A stretch of 64,000 nucleotides of DNA, taken from NCBI GenBank assembly GCA_002719295.1, contig PBHC01000016.1, forward strand, positions 23,533 to 87,532. Reading direction: 5' to 3'. This stretch comes from Chloroflexota bacterium (GTDB lineage Bacteria; Chloroflexota; Dehalococcoidia; Lucifugimonadales; Lucifugimonadaceae). The stretch's first letter is position 1, and each line of letters begins with the position of its first letter. Of the stretch, positions 29,054-37,673 are shown piece by piece. The notes beneath the pieces are model-generated. The model did no database searches and was not told the DNA's origin. It saw nothing but the letters and a program-made list of their open reading frames with translations. Position numbers and translations under genes: made by a program.

Positions 29054-29215
29054 TTATTCAACAAAAAAAGAGTCTACTAGAAATACTAGTGGAATAGCTA
29101 ATATAAAAAATAATATTAATCCGAATAAACCGTTAATACTAGCGCCTACTATTCCTGCAAAAAGTATTACTAAAACTAATGCTGGGTATGATATTTTGTC
29201 ATTTTTTAGATTCAT
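29054..29215 (-). CDS. Small hydrophobic membrane protein (53 aa), below the ORF-track size range
   Basis: Manual translation MNLKNDKISYPALVLVILFAGIVGASINGLFGLILFFILAIPLVFLVDSFFVE*; AAGGA RBS; fills the gap between tRNA-Sec and lhgO exactly. Confidence 0.65.
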   Translation of the reverse strand: MNLKNDKISYPALVLVILFAGIVGASINGLFGLILFFILAIPLVFLVDSFFVE

Positions 29216-29226
29216 AAGAGTTTCCT

Positions 29227-29319
29227 TGGCGGGAGAGAAAGGGAATCGAACCCTCCTTGATAAATAATACCAATCATAGTTTTGAAGACTAGAAAATTCA
29301 CCAGAATATACTCACTCCC
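29227..29319 (-). tRNA. selC: tRNA-Sec (anticodon UCA)
   Basis: GGGAGTGA-GT-ATATTC-TGGT-GAATTT-TCTAGT-CTTCAAA-ACTATG-long variable arm-GAGGG-TTCGATT-CCCTT-TCTCTCCC-G-CCA: 8/5 acceptor/T fold, 6-bp D stem with 4-nt loop, UCA anticodon, G discriminator. Confidence 0.9.
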
Positions 29320-29329
29320 TTATAATTTT

Positions 29330-29653
29330 TTATACTACAGAATTAAGTTTTTCTTCAAAATGTTGTTTTCCAACAGCTCCGATTATTTGATCAACTGGCT
29401 TACCGTCTTTAAAAATAACATTCATTGGAATAGACCTAACAAAAAACTTAACTGAAAGGTTTGGATTACTATCAACATCAACTTTGGCAAATAAAACTTT
29501 ACCATCATACTCTTCTGCAAGTTGATCTAATGTAGGTGCAATCATTTTGCAAGGTCCACACCAATCAGCCCAAAAGTCAACCATTACGGGGATATCAGAA
29601 TTTTCTACTAACTGTTCAAAATCTGCTTCTGTTACATTTATAGGCTTTGACAT
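29330..29653 (-). CDS. trxA: Thioredoxin
   Basis: DFWADWCGPCKMIAP, SIP. Confidence 0.97.
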   Translation of the reverse strand: MSKPINVTEADFEQLVENSDIPVMVDFWADWCGPCKMIAPTLDQLAEEYDGKVLFAKVDVDSNPNLSVKFFVRSIPMNVIFKDGKPVDQIIGAVGKQHFEEKLNSVV

Positions 29654-29666
29654 ATCATCCTCTCAA

Positions 29667-32222
29667 TTATTTTTTTATTTTTATTTTTTTACATTCAAGC
29701 TGAGGGACTATTGAAGAGAAATCAGGATTCTTACTAGATTCTAGATCAGTAACCATTCTTCCAAAATAATCAGTTGAAGTTATCATTCCTTCAATTTCAC
29801 CATCTGCTAAAAACTCAGAAGAAATTATTATATTTCCATTTTCATCTTCCAAAGTTATTTTTGTTGAATCATTTAAATTGTACGCTGATGCATCATTAGG
29901 ATGCAATCTTAATTTCACTGGTGTTTTAATTTTGTTCATATCTTCTTCAGATTCTACTGTTATTTCTTCAGGTCTATTCAAAATTCTTCCAGGTAAATAA
30001 TATAGGGATTTTGATTCATATTGACCAAGTTCAGTGTCCGAAAATTTTATCAAATTAGATAATGGTTTTTTACTAATGCTTAAATTATCATCTGATATTT
30101 TTGATATAAATGTATTTTTTGCATTTACTATATCTATTTTTTTATCATTATAAATTTTTTCTGATATTTCCCATATAGACAGTAGATTATTACTTACTGG
30201 TTGTATCATCTTAGGAGCATTTTTAATTTTTCCTGCTAAGTTAATAACTGTTGATTCTTGCTCTGCATAAGTTTTTGTTGGAATAACAAAATCAGCATTA
30301 TCAAAAACTTTATTTTTTAAGTGATTTGCATAAATCATTACTTCTAAATTTTCTGAAATTTCATCTAACTTGTTTTCAAATAAAAGATCAGGATTAATTC
30401 CGTCTCCAAATATAATCAATGCTTTAATTGATTTATCATTTATCTTTTCTAATATTTCTTTAGTAGTTGTGAATGGTTGTTTATTAGATTCAAATATTTG
30501 ATAAAAAGAAGAAGATCCTATACCGTTAAATGTTGGATATAATCCTTTTCCTTCACCTTCTAAATTATCAGTTATTACAGCTAAGTTATAAATTGAATCA
30601 ATATAATTATTTGTTTCAAGATCATTTATTGTATCTTGTCCAAAAGTAAATGAAGTTTTATTTGATTTAGAAATTAATTCTGCAGCTTCATATAATTTTT
30701 TTTCTGGGACTTTAGTTATGTTAGAAATTTTAACTGGGTCAAAATTCCACATGAATTTCTTGAAATTATCTACTTGATCTGAATCTAAATCTTTATTTTC
30801 AAGGTTTTGGTCAAAAATTATTTTACTAATAGCATTTACAATCAATCCTTCAGTTCCGGGGACAGGCTTTAACCAAAGCTTTGCATACCTAGTTAAGTCT
30901 ATTTCACGTGGATCAATGACAATAAGTTTAGATTGTTCTTTTGATGCTTTTTTAATTGGCAGAGAAATCAAATTGTTTTCTTCTGTAATGTTTGACGAAA
31001 TAACAACATTGCAATCGGACTTTTCTAGATTCCATATATTAGAAGAGGAAGATAGGTAACCTATCCTTTCTGATAACGTTTTATAATAAGGAATATTGTT
31101 AAGATATGCACTAGCAACATACTTAGTATTTACTTTTTTTGCTAAATTCAATATTCCTAAATTATCTTCCACAGATGCCCTAGGAGAGGATATTATTGCT
31201 ATCTCATTTGAATCTAAATTAGATAGCTTTGAGTTCAATTCAGAAAAAACCTGATCATTTTCAATTGTTTTGTGTTTATAAACTTCTTTGATATATGATT
31301 TCTTAATTCTTGATGTTGAGTTCGGATAATCATATCCAAATTTTCCTTTGTAACATAGTTGGCCTCTTGTTGATTCAGAAGATAAATCTCCTTTGAACCT
31401 AACTAATTTCTCTGATTTATTTACTTCAACCAGTGCATCACACCCACCTGCGCAGTTAAAACATGTTGCATTGAATTCTTTGTCAGATTTTTCCCATTTA
31501 TAGTTTCTTTCAACTAAAGCTCCTGTTGGGCAAACATCAATACATGCTCCACAAAATTCACATCCTGACTCTAGTAATGAAGTCCCATTTGATGTTCCTA
31601 CCAAAGAAACTCCAGATCTAGAAACTAAAGTCAAAGCTGAATCTATTCTGATTTCATCACAAACCCTAACACATCTAGCACAAACAATACACAAATTGTA
31701 ATCTCTATCGTAAAAAGGGTCATCAACATGAATAGGTAAATCTCTTCTGTTGTAATTTAGAGGAATCGTCATATCTAGCTGAACAAATCTTGCAGTATCC
31801 TTAAGTTCACATCTTTCATTTTTTGGACAGATAGTGCATCTATCCGTAACTGCAACATGTCTTTGACAGATGTCTTGAGGCCCACATAATTCAGTCCTAT
31901 GACAAGTAAGACAACCATGTGGATGTTCACTCATCAATAACTCAACAACACCTTTTCTAAGATCATTAACAGAATCATTTTCACTTTCTACTTTCATAGA
32001 GTCGCCTGCTGGAGTAGTACATGAAGCAACTGTCATTTTTCTTCCATTTGGCATCTCAACTTCAACTAAACAAGCTCTGCATGCTCCATATGGCTTCATG
32101 CTTGGATAATAGCAAAGATATGGGATATAAATATCGTTATCCATTGCTACTTGAAGAATAGTTTGACCAGACTTTATGTCTAAGTTTTTACCATTTATAT
32201 TTATTTTTTGTTCATCAGCCAA
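29667..32222 (-). CDS. NuoG/FdsA-like Fe-S protein with degenerate molybdopterin-binding region
   Basis: [2Fe-2S] YLCYY..GACRAC..ASC; HxxxCxxC; CIVCARCVRVC; CEFCGACIDVCP; CFNCAGGC..LCYKG; C-terminal IDPR, PGT, P-YAE remnants; TTG start. Confidence 0.85.
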   Translation of the reverse strand: MADEQKININGKNLDIKSGQTILQVAMDNDIYIPYLCYYPSMKPYGACRACLVEVEMPNGRKMTVASCTTPAGDSMKVESENDSVNDLRKGVVELLMSEHPHGCLTCHRTELCGPQDICQRHVAVTDRCTICPKNERCELKDTARFVQLDMTIPLNYNRRDLPIHVDDPFYDRDYNLCIVCARCVRVCDEIRIDSALTLVSRSGVSLVGTSNGTSLLESGCEFCGACIDVCPTGALVERNYKWEKSDKEFNATCFNCAGGCDALVEVNKSEKLVRFKGDLSSESTRGQLCYKGKFGYDYPNSTSRIKKSYIKEVYKHKTIENDQVFSELNSKLSNLDSNEIAIISSPRASVEDNLGILNLAKKVNTKYVASAYLNNIPYYKTLSERIGYLSSSSNIWNLEKSDCNVVISSNITEENNLISLPIKKASKEQSKLIVIDPREIDLTRYAKLWLKPVPGTEGLIVNAISKIIFDQNLENKDLDSDQVDNFKKFMWNFDPVKISNITKVPEKKLYEAAELISKSNKTSFTFGQDTINDLETNNYIDSIYNLAVITDNLEGEGKGLYPTFNGIGSSSFYQIFESNKQPFTTTKEILEKINDKSIKALIIFGDGINPDLLFENKLDEISENLEVMIYANHLKNKVFDNADFVIPTKTYAEQESTVINLAGKIKNAPKMIQPVSNNLLSIWEISEKIYNDKKIDIVNAKNTFISKISDDNLSISKKPLSNLIKFSDTELGQYESKSLYYLPGRILNRPEEITVESEEDMNKIKTPVKLRLHPNDASAYNLNDSTKITLEDENGNIIISSEFLADGEIEGMITSTDYFGRMVTDLESSKNPDFSSIVPQLECKKIKIKK

Positions 32223-32225
32223 TTT

Positions 32226-33929
32226 TTACTCCGTAGAATTTGGTCTTGTTCTAGTTGGTGTAAGCATTTTTTCTAATGGTTCTACTTTATTATTTAGTGA
32301 ATCAATAATTTCAGATTCAAAGTATTTCAAAGACGAGGATATAGGATTGTATCCTAATTGTCCATGTCCACATAGGGATCCAATTTTCATACTGTTTCCT
32401 ATTCGTTCAAGCAATTGTAAGTCATTTGTATTACTTTTTGAGTCAGCTAATCTCTGAAGTACATCATACATATGAGTATTTCCTAATCTACATGGGAAAC
32501 ATTTTCCACATGACTCAAATTGGTTAAATGCAACTAAGTTTCTAATCAAATCAACTACAGATACTGAATCGTCACAAACAATAATTCCTCCTGACCCTAG
32601 TATTGCTCCAGATTGAGCCATTTCATCAAAATCTATCTTTGTTGAAAAAGCTTCTTTTCCAAGAACTCCACCCAAGGGGCCACCAGTTTGAAGCATCTTT
32701 ATTGGTTTATTTGAGTTTGATCCTCCCCCAACCTCTTCTAATACTTCATCAATTGTCATACCCATTGGTATTTCATACATTCCGGGTCTATTTATATGCC
32801 CTGACAAACAAACAATTGCAGTGCCACTAGATTTTTCGGTTCCTGTAGACTTAAACCAATCTGATCCATTTTTAATAATTTGTGGAACATAAGAAATAGT
32901 TTTCACATTATTTATATTTGTAGGCTTTTTCCATAATCCAGATGCAGCAGGAAAAGGTGGTTTGAAACGAGGAGTAGATCTTTTACCTTCTATTGCTTCC
33001 ATTAAGGCTGTTTCTTCTCCCGCAACATAAGAGTCTCCTGTAAGAGAAACTTCCATATCAAATGAGAAATCCGAACCTAAAATATTTTTTCCTAAAAGTC
33101 CTTTTTCATAAGCTTCAGCAATGGCTCTTTCAATTGCATTAATTGGAATATCGTGACCTTGTCGGATAAATACATAAGATTTGTTAGAGTTTGTTGCATA
33201 TCCATTTAATATTAGACCTTCGACAAGTGTGTGAGGATCAGTTTCCATTATTCCTTTATCATTATATGCTCCAGGATCTCCCTCTTCACAATTACATAAA
33301 ACATACTTAACGGGAGCTTTATTTGGTGCTAGAAAGCTCCATTTTACTCCTGTCGGGAATGCGGCCCCTCCTCTTCCTCTAAGACCAGAATTTTTTACTT
33401 CTTCAACAACATCTTCAGGAGACATTTCAAAAAGTGCTTTATTTAATGCTGCATATCCACCTGTAGAAATATATTGCAAAATATCTCCAGGTGTTACTTC
33501 ACCAAAGTTTCTAGTAGCGATTCTCAATTGCTTTGCAAACTGAGGAAGTTCATTTAATTTTGGTATAGATGCGTCTAGATTGCGAGAAGATTCATAAGCA
33601 AACGAGTTTTCTTTAAGTATTTCGTTAGAAGATGAGTAATGATTAAATATTTTCTCGCTTATTTTTTCATCAACATTTGCATAAAAAATCTGATCATTAT
33701 TGGGCAGAATCACAACAATTAAAGGCTCAAGATACATCAATCCCATAGATCCAACTTCAATTACATTTATTTTGTCAGATTTTTTTGAACTAAGTAATGA
33801 AAAAATCTCATCAGCTCCAACAGCTTGTCCTGATGTACCAGTTTGTACCTTTATTACAACTTTATTTTTGTAAATACTATCAATGTATTCATTTGCTAAT
33901 TTTTCTAAATTTTTATATTGTTCTGTCAT
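32226..33929 (-). CDS. nuoF: NuoF/FdsB/HoxF-like NADH-binding flavoprotein with N-terminal thioredoxin-like domain
   Basis: SGLRGRGGAAFPTG-KW, NCEEGDPG, GEETAL, NNVKT, GGPLGG, ESCGKCFPCR..SLCGHG. Confidence 0.9.
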   Translation of the reverse strand: MTEQYKNLEKLANEYIDSIYKNKVVIKVQTGTSGQAVGADEIFSLLSSKKSDKINVIEVGSMGLMYLEPLIVVILPNNDQIFYANVDEKISEKIFNHYSSSNEILKENSFAYESSRNLDASIPKLNELPQFAKQLRIATRNFGEVTPGDILQYISTGGYAALNKALFEMSPEDVVEEVKNSGLRGRGGAAFPTGVKWSFLAPNKAPVKYVLCNCEEGDPGAYNDKGIMETDPHTLVEGLILNGYATNSNKSYVFIRQGHDIPINAIERAIAEAYEKGLLGKNILGSDFSFDMEVSLTGDSYVAGEETALMEAIEGKRSTPRFKPPFPAASGLWKKPTNINNVKTISYVPQIIKNGSDWFKSTGTEKSSGTAIVCLSGHINRPGMYEIPMGMTIDEVLEEVGGGSNSNKPIKMLQTGGPLGGVLGKEAFSTKIDFDEMAQSGAILGSGGIIVCDDSVSVVDLIRNLVAFNQFESCGKCFPCRLGNTHMYDVLQRLADSKSNTNDLQLLERIGNSMKIGSLCGHGQLGYNPISSSLKYFESEIIDSLNNKVEPLEKMLTPTRTRPNSTE

Positions 33930-33932
33930 ATA

Positions 33933-34412
33933 TTAATTTTTCAATTTATCAATTATTTTTGTAACTTTTGTTTCATCCAATTTTCCATACATTTTATGAT
34001 CGATTGCAAAAACTGGACTTTGTGCACATGCACCTAAGCAAGTAGAATATCTTAGAGTAACTTTTTTATCTTCAGATTCTCCTTCACCTTTTATTTCTAA
34101 TTCATCATGAGCTTGATTTATTAGTTTTTGAGCTCCATTAATATGACAACTTGGCCCCCAACAAACATCAAGTGTTTTGTCTCCTGGTGGTGTAAATCTG
34201 AAATTTGTATAAAATGAGGCTACGCTCCATACATCGTTAATAGTTACACTACAATGGATTGATATTTCTTCTATGGCTTCATCAGGAATATAGTGAAGAG
34301 TGTCTTGCACTGCTAAAAGTGAAGATAATACTGTAACTGTTTTTCTTTTTTGATTAGAAATAGAATCTTTAATAATATTTCTTAATTTTTCAGAACTTTG
34401 ATTTTCTGACAA
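33933..34412 (-). CDS. nuoE: NuoE/FdsG-like [2Fe-2S] subunit
   Basis: VASFY-F, CWGPSC and CLGAC ligands; TTG start with GGAGAG RBS. Confidence 0.9.
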   Translation of the reverse strand: MSENQSSEKLRNIIKDSISNQKRKTVTVLSSLLAVQDTLHYIPDEAIEEISIHCSVTINDVWSVASFYTNFRFTPPGDKTLDVCWGPSCHINGAQKLINQAHDELEIKGEGESEDKKVTLRYSTCLGACAQSPVFAIDHKMYGKLDETKVTKIIDKLKN

Positions 34413-34489
34413 ATTCTCTCCTGAGTTTATATATTAATTTTATCAATTCAATTTTTAGCTAACAAGATATTATTGTTACAAAATAAGTA

Positions 34490-35266
34490 TTATTTCTTAC
34501 CTAATGATTTTGCAATCTTCATATCTTCACTTACATCTCTCTGTATTGTTGGACTAATAATTAAGTCTTGCACAATAGTTCTTTGAGGCATTCTCATACA
34601 TAATAATATAGCATCTGCTATATCTTCAGGCATCATCATGGTTGATCTTGCTTTAGCATCTGGAGGAAGTGGCCTATTATCAAGAATTGGCGTATCCACC
34701 TCTGCAGGATAAATGGTACAAGTTCTTATATTGTGTTCTCTTAATTCCTGTCTCATTGCCGTCATCATTGCAGCTACTGCAGATTTGGCAGATGAATAAG
34801 GCACTCCACCCATCAAGCCAGGAGTTACTGCTGCCATAGATGAAATAGTAACAATTGTTCCTTCAGCATTTTTTATCATATTTGGGATAATTGCTTGTGA
34901 CAGTCTATAAACGCCTTCAACATTAACATTAAAAACAGATTGCCAGTCTTCTTTTTCTACGTATCTTATAGCTCTTACTTTACTACTATGACCTGCATTG
35001 TTTACTAAATACTGAATGTTCCCAAATTCTTTAATCGCTTCGTTTGCAACATTTGCTGCAGCATCTCCGTCTTCTAAGTCTGCTGAAATATATGCAGCAT
35101 TTCCACCTGCTTCTATGATTTCTTTTACAGATTCTTTAAGTAAATTTTCTCTTCTTCCAACAATGAAGACATTTGCACCTAATTCACCTAGCATTTTTGC
35201 TGTTATTCTACCTATGCCTGACCCAGCACCTGTTAAAATAACTGATTTGTCTTTTAATGATTCCAT
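34490..35266 (-). CDS. Short-chain dehydrogenase/reductase
   Basis: TGAGSGIG, NNAG, SS, YSSAK. Confidence 0.93.
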   Translation of the reverse strand: MESLKDKSVILTGAGSGIGRITAKMLGELGANVFIVGRRENLLKESVKEIIEAGGNAAYISADLEDGDAAANVANEAIKEFGNIQYLVNNAGHSSKVRAIRYVEKEDWQSVFNVNVEGVYRLSQAIIPNMIKNAEGTIVTISSMAAVTPGLMGGVPYSSAKSAVAAMMTAMRQELREHNIRTCTIYPAEVDTPILDNRPLPPDAKARSTMMMPEDIADAILLCMRMPQRTIVQDLIISPTIQRDVSEDMKIAKSLGKK

Positions 35267-35398
35267 TATTCCCCCTTAATTAGTTAGAAAACTATAAATC
35301 TATTATTCACTATAAAAAAGACATATCCAACGTTAACAGACAATATATTGAATTTTTTATGTGTATTATTTATAAATTTGACTAATTCAATTGAAAAT

Positions 35399-36709
35399 CT
35401 AATAATCTTTTTCAATCAATTTTATGATTTTATCTGCTATATCAACCGAATAATTTGTTCCTCTGTCTTCAGGATATATTTGAGCTGTATTGCCACTATA
35501 CAATCCTTTTATAGGTAATCTTAATGGAATTATTTTTGATGAATAGTTTATTGGAAATATTGGTTGGGCATAATGTATTTTGCTGAATCGAAATTCCTTG
35601 ATCCATTTTTTAGTAAATTCATTGTTTATTTTTTTCATAAATGGTAAATATAAATCTAGTAATTCTTCATAATTCAATTCAAGTAAAGGGTTATCTTTTT
35701 CAACGTAATTAGTTATATATAAAATATTACGGTTTGAATATGATTCTTTAGGAACAAGATTAGTGTGTTCAATTAAACCTAAAAATGGAAAATTATTATC
35801 AGCTATAGAAAGCCAATAATAATCAGAAACTTTCTTTTCAAGCACTAAAATCATTACTATAGCTGACATGTAATCAACTTCATTCATGTCCTTTTTTAAA
35901 GAGCTGTCAAGATCAACTAATTTACCAAGGACACTATATGGAACAGTTGATATCACAATATCAAATTCTATGTTAGAAATGTTTGATTCAATGTCTTCAA
36001 AATTTATTGATTCAATTTGATTTGATTTTTCTATAATTTCAGTAACTTTTGTATTTAAAAAAAATTCACCTCCATTATTCTTTATCTCATTTTCAAGTGT
36101 TTGAATTAAGTGTGAAAAAGAGTTTTTAGGATAACATAGAACCTCCTGTAATTTATAGTTGCGTGAAGAGACTCTTGTTTGAATTTTTGACCAGAACCAA
36201 GGCATAGGTATTTTATTGTAATATTTTCCAAATTTACCTTTCAAAAGTGGCTTAAAAATTATTTCAAAAGTTTTATTATTAACTTTTTTAGCAAGCCATT
36301 CAAAAGCTGTTTCATTTTCAATTTTTTTCCAATTTCTTAATAACTTTAATCTTATAGATATCAGAAAAAGCTTTATTCTTTCTGTAAAAGGAATTAAGGA
36401 CAATCTTAACAAATCAAATGGTGATGTTGTTCTCCAAATTTTACCTTCTGAATATGTAGCTACCGTAGATTTATACCAATTAAGTTCGTTCTTAATTCCT
36501 AATTCTTTATATAAATCGAGTATAGACTTGTCTGTCGCAAATAAGTGATGATATGCTTTTTCAATTTCAAAGTCTTCAATCTTTATGGTAGATGCTTGTC
36601 CACCTAAAAATGATCCAGATTCAAAAATAGAAATTTTGTGTCCTAATTTAGATAATTTATAACCGGCAGATAGACCGGTTATTCCTCCTCCAATTATACA
36701 TATTCTCAT
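35399..36709 (-). CDS. FAD-dependent oxidoreductase (amine oxidase/protoporphyrinogen oxidase-like, glycosylation-cluster type)
   Basis: IIGGGITGL, E-LGG-A, YHH-F, EHTN, YAQP, YPEDRG. Confidence 0.85.
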   Translation of the reverse strand: MRICIIGGGITGLSAGYKLSKLGHKISIFESGSFLGGQASTIKIEDFEIEKAYHHLFATDKSILDLYKELGIKNELNWYKSTVATYSEGKIWRTTSPFDLLRLSLIPFTERIKLFLISIRLKLLRNWKKIENETAFEWLAKKVNNKTFEIIFKPLLKGKFGKYYNKIPMPWFWSKIQTRVSSRNYKLQEVLCYPKNSFSHLIQTLENEIKNNGGEFFLNTKVTEIIEKSNQIESINFEDIESNISNIEFDIVISTVPYSVLGKLVDLDSSLKKDMNEVDYMSAIVMILVLEKKVSDYYWLSIADNNFPFLGLIEHTNLVPKESYSNRNILYITNYVEKDNPLLELNYEELLDLYLPFMKKINNEFTKKWIKEFRFSKIHYAQPIFPINYSSKIIPLRLPIKGLYSGNTAQIYPEDRGTNYSVDIADKIIKLIEKDY

Positions 36710-36710
36710 A

Positions 36711-37673
36711 TTATTTCTTTAAAGCTATTTTTTGCATTGATAATATTATAAATCCAAGAATAGAAATTGGAATAAATAAAACTAAATGAACAATAATTAT
36801 TACTGTAGCTCCTATAGATGATGTAATTCCCATCGCAAGGAAAGCTAATGTACCAAAAAATTCAAAATTTCCTAAATTTCCAGGTAATGATGGAATTATT
36901 CCAGATAAATTAGTAATAGAACAAACAATTAAAATTATAGTGAATAAATATTTGTTTGAAATATCTATAATAAAATAATCTGCAATAACAAAGTATACTA
37001 AGCTTTCAACTAGCCAAATAAGTATAGAAAGAAGCATTACAATTAGGTACTTATTATATGACTTGCATTCATAAAAAAAGGATAACAAATCGTTAAATAG
37101 TGATAAAAATTTATGGATTATTTTTTCAAAAACACTTATTTTCTTCATTAAAAATAATGCTACTAATCCTAAGAAAAATATTCCCAAAAGCAATATTGCT
37201 GAATTCTTGATTTGAAAGAGCTTAAAATCAAATTTATCTATAAAAGGTAATGCAAATATCAATAATAATACTAAAGCAACTACGTCAAAAAGTCTTTCAG
37301 TAAAAATAGTTGATAAAACTCTTATAAATGTTTTGCTTTCTGATTTTACAATTCTGTTTACTCTGTATAGTTCACCTATTCTAAAAGGAAGTAAATTATT
37401 AGCCATATAACCTATTATTGTTTCATTTATCATATTAAATTTGTAATTATCAAAGAGTTCTAAATAAATAACTTTCCATCTTAGATACCTCAATATCACA
37501 GATAAAAAATAAATTATTGTAGATATAAACAAAATTGGAAAAGTAATCTTTGAAATATTTTCAGTTATTTCACTAAAATCATTTACTATTTTATAAATTC
37601 CAAATATAAATAAAGATGAAAAAAGTATAGAAAGTAAATTGTTAGTTTTTATAAATTTATTCAATGGATTCAA
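36711..37673 (-). CDS. Lysylphosphatidylglycerol synthase TM / flippase-like protein (UPF0104)
   Basis: LR-RW, GYMANNLLPFRIGELYR, ERLFD, PSLPGNLGNFE. Confidence 0.87.
   Translation of the reverse strand: MNPLNKFIKTNNLLSILFSSLFIFGIYKIVNDFSEITENISKITFPILFISTIIYFLSVILRYLRWKVIYLELFDNYKFNMINETIIGYMANNLLPFRIGELYRVNRIVKSESKTFIRVLSTIFTERLFDVVALVLLLIFALPFIDKFDFKLFQIKNSAILLLGIFFLGLVALFLMKKISVFEKIIHKFLSLFNDLLSFFYECKSYNKYLIVMLLSILIWLVESLVYFVIADYFIIDISNKYLFTIILIVCSITNLSGIIPSLPGNLGNFEFFGTLAFLAMGITSSIGATVIIIVHLVLFIPISILGFIILSMQKIALKK

Noticed and set aside
29667..32222. Calling the large subunit a functional or selenocysteine formate dehydrogenase
   Set aside because: The ORF is uninterrupted, with no in-frame TGA and no Cys/Sec-His ligand motif at the expected position
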